This document shows, piece by piece, positions 48,231 to 53,477 of a stretch of DNA of 53,477 nt. Source of the stretch: Myxococcota bacterium. Its GTDB lineage: Bacteria > Myxococcota > Myxococcia > Myxococcales > Myxococcaceae. Positions within the stretch are counted from its first letter, which is position 1. The number at the start of each line of letters is the position of its first letter. The stretch covers positions 1 to 53,477 of the forward strand of contig JBMORE010000183.1 of the NCBI GenBank assembly GCA_049322255.1, in the 5' to 3' direction. The notes below the pieces were generated by a model. It had not been told where the DNA came from, did not search any database, and saw only the letters and a list, made by a program, of their open reading frames with translations. The position numbers and the translations under genes were made by a program.

Positions 48231-49310
48231 ATGGGGATCTTCGACACGGTCAAAAGCGAGACCAAGCGTAACTTCGTCGCCCGCGCCGACGAGGCGAAGA
48301 GCGACATCATCTACAAGTACCCGGAGAACAACATCCGGATGCTGGCTCAGCTCACCGTCGACGCCGACGAGGTGGCGCTCTTCGTCAAGGACGGGAAGAT
48401 CGAGGGCAAGCTCTCCGCGGGCCGGCACTCGCTCGACACCAACAACATTCCCTTTCTCTCCCGCTTTCTCGAGAAGCTCACCGGCGGCAACATGTTCATC
48501 GCCGAGGTGTACTTCGTCAGCACCCGGGAGCTCGCCGGCACCAAGTTCGGCGGGCCGATCGGCGACGTGCGCGATCCGGAAACCGGCCTGGGCATCGGCA
48601 CCATGGTCTACGGCGACTTCTCCCTTCGGGTCACCGACCCCGAGAAGCTGGTGCTCGGGCTGGTGGGCATGCGCAAGGCCAGCAACGACGAGTTCCTCGG
48701 TTGGTTCAAGAACCAGGTGCTCAAGGTCACTCGAGACCGCATCGCCGAGCTCTTGGTGAAGAAAAAGTGGCCGCTGCTCGAGGTCACCTCGGGCGCGTAC
48801 ACCGAGGAGATCGAGACCGAAATCATCGCTGGCGTCACCAAGCACGTCGACAGCTACGGCGTGCAGGTCGTCCGCCTGGGCAACTTCCACGTCAGCATCA
48901 AGGAGGAGGACGAGGCGACGCTCAAGAAGCTGTCGAAGGACGTCGCCTACTCGCGGCTGGCGGGAGGCTTTCAGAACTACGCACAAGGGCAGGCGATGCT
49001 CGGCGCGGCCGAGGGCATGGCCAAGGGTGGCGACGGCGGCGGCGCGGCGATGCAGGGTATGGGGCTGGGCGTGGGCTTTGGGATGGCGCAGATGTTCGCT
49101 CAGCAAGGCCAGGCGCGACCTGCGGGAGCAGGGCCCCAAGCGGCGGGTGGTGCTTTTTGCCCCCATTGCGGCACCCCCGGAGCGGGCAAGTTCTGCGCGA
49201 ATTGCGGCCAACCGATGGCTCCCGCGGCACCCAAGTGCGCCAAGTGCCAGGCTGACCTCTCTTTAGGCGCGAAGTTCTGCGCTGCCTGCGGAAACCCCGT
49301 CTCGGCCTGA
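48231..49310 (+). CDS. SPFH/band-7-like protein with C-terminal double zinc ribbon
   Basis: LTV..DEVALFVKDG...GRHSLDT.NIP...EVYFV; CPHC/CANC/CAKC/CAAC motifs. Confidence 0.85.
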   Translation: MGIFDTVKSETKRNFVARADEAKSDIIYKYPENNIRMLAQLTVDADEVALFVKDGKIEGKLSAGRHSLDTNNIPFLSRFLEKLTGGNMFIAEVYFVSTRELAGTKFGGPIGDVRDPETGLGIGTMVYGDFSLRVTDPEKLVLGLVGMRKASNDEFLGWFKNQVLKVTRDRIAELLVKKKWPLLEVTSGAYTEEIETEIIAGVTKHVDSYGVQVVRLGNFHVSIKEEDEATLKKLSKDVAYSRLAGGFQNYAQGQAMLGAAEGMAKGGDGGGAAMQGMGLGVGFGMAQMFAQQGQARPAGAGPQAAGGAFCPHCGTPGAGKFCANCGQPMAPAAPKCAKCQADLSLGAKFCAACGNPVSA

Positions 49311-49324
49311 AGAAGGCGGCCCCT

Positions 49325-50938
49325 TTAGGGAACTCGGAGCGCTGATTGGAGCCTGCCCACCACCACGTCGGGCCGCAGGCCCTTCTCGCCGATGCGCGCG
49401 GCGATCTCCTCCGCAGAGAGCCCGTTGCCCTCGGCCCAGAGCGAGCGTAAGAGCGCCCCGGCTTCGGCGCTGGTCCACCAGGCAGGTCCGAAGCGTGCCT
49501 TGAGCTGCGCGTGCAGCTGCCCGGCGAGCACCCACGCCCGCAGATCGTCGGCCGGCTGGTAGAAATCGTCGAGCTCGACCAGGTAGCGGGCGGCATCGTC
49601 GGCGGTGGCGGCGATGCCGTAGGCGCGCGACATCACGTCGGCGTGAAGCTCGGGAGCATCGGCGGCGGCCTCGCTGCGGGCAGCGAGCTGGTAGAGCACC
49701 CGCCCCGATGCTCGGCGCAAAAGAAAGAGCCAGTGCGCGCTCGAGGCTTCAAGATGCGCGCGGAGCCGTTCTCCTGACAGCCCCGCGTGCTGCTCGAGCC
49801 ATACCGGGTCGTCGAGCAACCCCTCGAAGAGGAAAGCATAGGTCTCCGAGGCGACCACGCTGCCCAGCCGCGCCAGCTCGAACCGGGTCGGTGTGGTGTG
49901 GAGGTGGTGCAGCGCGTGGCCCAGCTCGTGGAAGAGCGCGGCCTGGTCGCGCACGCCGCCGCGAAGGCGTAAGGAAACGCGGATGTCAGAGGGAATCTCC
50001 ACCGCCACGGTGAGCGGACGGCTGCTTTTCTTCGGCTGATCGGAAAGCTCGAGGGTGAGGCCCTTGGTGGACAGGTCGACCCCCAGGCCTTGGAGCGTCT
50101 GGGCGGCACGCGCGCGCGCGGCGGCTGGGGGAAAGGCGTCGTCCACCTCCGCCGATCGGAACAGCCTCGGGAGATCGGCACGGTGCAGCTTCTCCAACGG
50201 CAGCCCCAGCTCGCGCTTGGCCAGCTTCGCCAGCGTCGCTTTGTACGGAGCGTCGGTTGCCGCCAACACCGCCTCGGCCAGCATGCGCAGCTCGCCCAAA
50301 TCGGCCTGGCGCACCTCGGCGGCGTAAGCCTGGTAGGAGGCGTAGCCCAGCTCGCCCAGGAGCGCGGCTACCCGGTCCTCCTTCCGTCGCAGCGACTGGT
50401 TGAGCCGCTCGTATGCGGGCGTCGCTCCTGCGTAGAGCGCGCGGCGGCGCAGGGCGCTCTTTTCGTTGGCGAGCAGCCGCGGCAGCTCACGGTAGTGGTA
50501 CTCGCGTCCGTCGACGATGAAGGTCATCGAGACCTCGAGGTTGGCCAGCGCTTCGCTCTCAGCCGATAAGGCGCGCGCCAAAAACTCGCCGGCCAGGTAG
50601 GTCTTCAAGCTCGAGAGCGCGCGTAGGTGGTCGAGGTCGTTTGCCTTCTCGCCTCGGGCCTGTGCCAGCGCGCGGCTCACCACCCGGTACGACTCGAGGG
50701 ACACCGCCCGCTCGCGGCCCAGGTAGGACTTCGCCAAGTCGAGCGGTGCGCCTTCGGTCCAGCTCTTCCACAGAAGCTCGTCTTGCGCGCGCAACAGAGC
50801 GCGCACCTCCTCCGCGATGGCGCGTACCTGGGCTTGGAGCGTCTCGGCGGCAGAAGGCGGCGGCAGCGCCTTGGGGCAGGCGGCCAAGAGCACGGCGACG
50901 CCGGCGAGGGCGAAGATGTGCGGCGTTCTTGGGGGCAT
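49325..50938 (-). CDS. Lipoprotein zinc metallopeptidase (M3/gluzincin-like)
   Basis: LLAAC lipobox; HELGHALH (HExxH) with downstream SETYA Glu. Confidence 0.75.
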   Translation of the reverse strand: MPPRTPHIFALAGVAVLLAACPKALPPPSAAETLQAQVRAIAEEVRALLRAQDELLWKSWTEGAPLDLAKSYLGRERAVSLESYRVVSRALAQARGEKANDLDHLRALSSLKTYLAGEFLARALSAESEALANLEVSMTFIVDGREYHYRELPRLLANEKSALRRRALYAGATPAYERLNQSLRRKEDRVAALLGELGYASYQAYAAEVRQADLGELRMLAEAVLAATDAPYKATLAKLAKRELGLPLEKLHRADLPRLFRSAEVDDAFPPAAARARAAQTLQGLGVDLSTKGLTLELSDQPKKSSRPLTVAVEIPSDIRVSLRLRGGVRDQAALFHELGHALHHLHTTPTRFELARLGSVVASETYAFLFEGLLDDPVWLEQHAGLSGERLRAHLEASSAHWLFLLRRASGRVLYQLAARSEAAADAPELHADVMSRAYGIAATADDAARYLVELDDFYQPADDLRAWVLAGQLHAQLKARFGPAWWTSAEAGALLRSLWAEGNGLSAEEIAARIGEKGLRPDVVVGRLQSALRVP

Positions 50939-50968
50939 GGCGGGCGCAATGTAGCGTTGGCTTCGTTC

Positions 50969-51958
50969 ATGCCCAACCCTTCCCAGTGGGCCGCCTCGAG
51001 GGCCAGGCAGGCGCTCTATGCGAGCCTGCGCCGTTTCTTCTTCGAGCGCGGCTTCGAGGAGGTGGAGACGCCGGTGCTCGTCCCCGCCGCAGGAATGGAG
51101 CCGCACATCGACCCCTTCCAGGTTCCGTTCATCCCGCAGACCGAGGTCGGGCGGGCGCGCGCCCTCTATCTGCACACCAGCCCCGAGTACGCGATGAAGC
51201 GCCTGCTCGCCGACGGCAGCGGGCCGCTCTTCCAGCTCTGCAAGGTGTTTCGCAACGGGGAGGTGGCCGCGCTGCACAACCCGGAGTTCACCCTGCTAGA
51301 GCTCTACCGCCCGCACGTCGACTACCAGGCGGTGATGAACGACCTCGAGCAGGCGCTCGCCGCCGCCGAAGCAGCGGTGGGCCAAAAGACGGGCGTCTTC
51401 GATCGTCTTCCCTACGAGCGGCTCACGGTGCGCGAAGCGGTGCTTCGGTACGCGGGCATCGACTGGAAAGCCCACCCCGACGTCCTTTCACTCGCCCGCG
51501 CCGCCCAGGCTGTCGGGGTGCGGGTAGGAAGCGCCGACTCGTTCGAGGACGTCTTCTTTCACCTCTTTTTGCAGAAGGTGGAGCCGGCCTTGGGGCGGGA
51601 GCGGCCGACCTTCCTCGTGGACTACCCGGCCCCGCTGGCGGCGCTGGCGCGGCTTCGGCCCGACGACCCGAGCGTAGCCGAGCGGGTGGAGCTCTACGTG
51701 CAAGGGGTGGAGCTGGCCAACGGATTTTCCGAGCTGGTGGACGTCGTCGAGCAGCGCCGTCGCCTGGAAGAAGAGCGCTCCTTCCGCGCCCGTACCGGCC
51801 GGGCAGTGTTGCCCATCGACGAAAGGTTTCTCGCCGCGCTGGGGAAGATGCCTCCCTCGGCTGGAATCGCGGTAGGACTGGATCGGGTCTTGATGCTGAT
51901 GCTCGGGGCAAAGAGCATCGACGAGGTGCTTCTCTTTCCCGCGCGGGAGTTCTTATGA
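50969..51958 (+). CDS. epmA: EF-P lysine aminoacylase EpmA (GenX/PoxA)
   Basis: EVETP, LHTSPEYAMKRLL, FRNGE..HNPEFT.LE.Y, ELANGFSEL and GIAVGLDR motifs; no anticodon domain. Confidence 0.93.
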   Translation: MPNPSQWAASRARQALYASLRRFFFERGFEEVETPVLVPAAGMEPHIDPFQVPFIPQTEVGRARALYLHTSPEYAMKRLLADGSGPLFQLCKVFRNGEVAALHNPEFTLLELYRPHVDYQAVMNDLEQALAAAEAAVGQKTGVFDRLPYERLTVREAVLRYAGIDWKAHPDVLSLARAAQAVGVRVGSADSFEDVFFHLFLQKVEPALGRERPTFLVDYPAPLAALARLRPDDPSVAERVELYVQGVELANGFSELVDVVEQRRRLEEERSFRARTGRAVLPIDERFLAALGKMPPSAGIAVGLDRVLMLMLGAKSIDEVLLFPAREFL

Positions 51959-52680
51959 AGCCATGGTGGCGCACCGCGGTCACGGGCAGCACGGTGCTGG
52001 GCCTCACCGGCACGCTGGCTCCGGTGGTTTCGCTGTTGGCGATCAAGAACGAGTCTTTGCCCGACCCGCTCATTCACTTCTGGGCGCAGAACATCTTGCG
52101 CGCGGCGAAGACCCACGTGGTGACGAAAGGCGTGGAGAAGCTTCCGCCGGGGCAGTTCGTGCTGGTGCTCAACCATCAGTCGCTTTTCGATGTGCCGGTG
52201 CTCTTTTTTGCCCTCCGGCGTCACTTGCGCTTCGTGGCCAAGAAGTCGCTGTTTCGCATTCCGGTCTTTGGGTCGGCGCTCAAGGCGACCGGCAACTTGG
52301 CGGTGGACCGAAAGGGTGGAGAGCGCGACCGCGAGACCATGCGGCACGCGGTGCAGGCGGTGCGCGAGCGGGTGAACCTCGTCTTCTTCGGCGAGGGCAC
52401 CCGCAGCCCCGACGGAGTGCTGCGGCCATTCAAGAAGGGCGCGGCGGTGATGGCGATCGAAGCGGGGGTGCCGCTGGTGCCCGCCGCCATCTGTGGCACG
52501 CGCTTCATTCTCCCCAAGGGCAGCAGGTGGATTTTTGGCAACCGCACCGTGGCGCTGGTGGTAGGCGATCCGCTCTCCACGGCCGGCCTGACCATCGACG
52601 ACCGCGACGCGCTCACCCAGCGCGCCCACGCGGCGGTGGAGAAGCTCTTGCGCGAAGCTGACGAACTGGTGCGCAGTTGA
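51955..52680 (+). CDS. plsC: 1-acyl-sn-glycerol-3-phosphate acyltransferase (PlsC family)
   Basis: NHQSLFD (HX4D), FGEGTRS and PFKKG motifs. Confidence 0.9.
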   Translation: MKPWWRTAVTGSTVLGLTGTLAPVVSLLAIKNESLPDPLIHFWAQNILRAAKTHVVTKGVEKLPPGQFVLVLNHQSLFDVPVLFFALRRHLRFVAKKSLFRIPVFGSALKATGNLAVDRKGGERDRETMRHAVQAVRERVNLVFFGEGTRSPDGVLRPFKKGAAVMAIEAGVPLVPAAICGTRFILPKGSRWIFGNRTVALVVGDPLSTAGLTIDDRDALTQRAHAAVEKLLREADELVRS

Positions 52681-52687
52681 GGCATCC

Positions 52688-53477
52688 ATGGCACTTCCAC
52701 TCCCCGACTTCTACGACCCTCGTCAGGTTTCCCAGCTCTACCTGGAGCGCGCGACTCAGGTGGCCGCCGCCGGCGAAGCCTACGCCCGGCAGCACCGCCT
52801 CCTCCCTTCGGCGCATGACCAACGGCGCATCGCGGTGTTCGGCATCGACGCCCAGGTGGCCTTTTGCACCCCGGGCGCCAGCCTCTTCGTACCCGGCGCG
52901 GTGGAGGACACTCGGCGGGCGATCGAGTGGATCTACCGAAATCTCGGCCGGCTCACCGCGCTCCATTTCTCGCTCGACACCCACCGGATCTTCCAAATCT
53001 TCCATCCTGCGTGGTGGGTGGACTCAGAGGGCCGTCACCCGCCGCCGTTCACTCCCATCTTCCACGAGGAAGTGCGGGCGGGCCGCTGGCGACCCACCTC
53101 TCACCCCACGGAGTCGACCGAGTACACCCAGAAGCTCGAGGCGACGGGCAAATACGTGCTCACCATCTGGCCTTATCACGCGCTGCTCGGCGGGCTCTCG
53201 CACGCGCTGGTGCCGGCGCTGATGGAGGCGGCGATTTTCCACGCGGCCGCCCGCGGGCAACCGACCCACTTCGAAATGAAGGGCACCCACCCGCTGACCG
53301 AGAACTACTCGGTGCTTTCGCCCGAGGTGACCGAGCTGGGTGGACAGGTGGTGGGCGGCTTCAACGCGTCGTTCGTCGAGAGGCTGATGGAGCTCGACCG
53401 CGTCTACGTGTTCGGCCAGGCCAAGTCGCACTGCGTGCTCGCGACGCTGCGCGACCTTCAGGGGCACATCGAGAGGA
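52688..53477 (+). CDS. Nicotinamidase/isochorismatase-family cysteine hydrolase (partial, runs off window)
   Basis: Manual translation: IDAQVAFC..GASLFVPGA, SLDTH, IWPYH, KGTHPLTENYS and GQAKSHCV motifs. Absent from the ORF track because there is no stop. Confidence 0.88.
   Translation, partial: MALPLPDFYDPRQVSQLYLERATQVAAAGEAYARQHRLLPSAHDQRRIAVFGIDAQVAFCTPGASLFVPGAVEDTRRAIEWIYRNLGRLTALHFSLDTHRIFQIFHPAWWVDSEGRHPPPFTPIFHEEVRAGRWRPTSHPTESTEYTQKLEATGKYVLTIWPYHALLGGLSHALVPALMEAAIFHAAARGQPTHFEMKGTHPLTENYSVLSPEVTELGGQVVGGFNASFVERLMELDRVYVFGQAKSHCVLATLRDLQGHIER

Overview
High-GC chromosomal window, most likely from a myxobacterium (Myxococcales-like; inferred from gene content), with one 100-N scaffold gap at 2828-2927. 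Its core is a complete dcw cluster: mraZ-[STAS]-rsmH-ftsL-ftsI-murE-murF-mraY-murD-ftsW-murG-murC-murB-ddl-ftsQ-ftsA-ftsZ. Around it lie an acyl-CoA dehydrogenase, a tandem PilZ-like protein, a biotin carboxylase/biotin carrier/enoyl-CoA hydratase trio, a DigR-like response regulator, an FHA-TPR protein, a rhomboid-TPR protease, an ArnT-like glycosyltransferase plus ABC transporter, an SPFH-zinc-ribbon protein, epmA, a PlsC-like acyltransferase and a partial nicotinamidase. Accessory DNA includes three type II/VII toxin-antitoxin pairs, two 7-bladed Kelch lipoproteins and a decayed two-pseudogene patch. Most unusual signals: (i) a 34-bp palindromic element (CCCCTCACCC-N3-CCCTCTCCC-N3-GGGAGAGGG) present six times, five of them in-frame inside essential division/peptidoglycan genes (ftsI x2, murD, ftsW, murC, murB N-terminus; ftsI counted as one doublet site), with the same 13-aa peptide in FtsI and MurD; (ii) a nested hexamer-repeat foldback between murC and murB; (iii) a shared palindromic motif upstream of both ftsQ and ftsZ; (iv) apparently leaderless TA promoters with related operators and a probable CTG-initiated VapC. 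No rRNA, tRNA, CRISPR array or transposase was seen.
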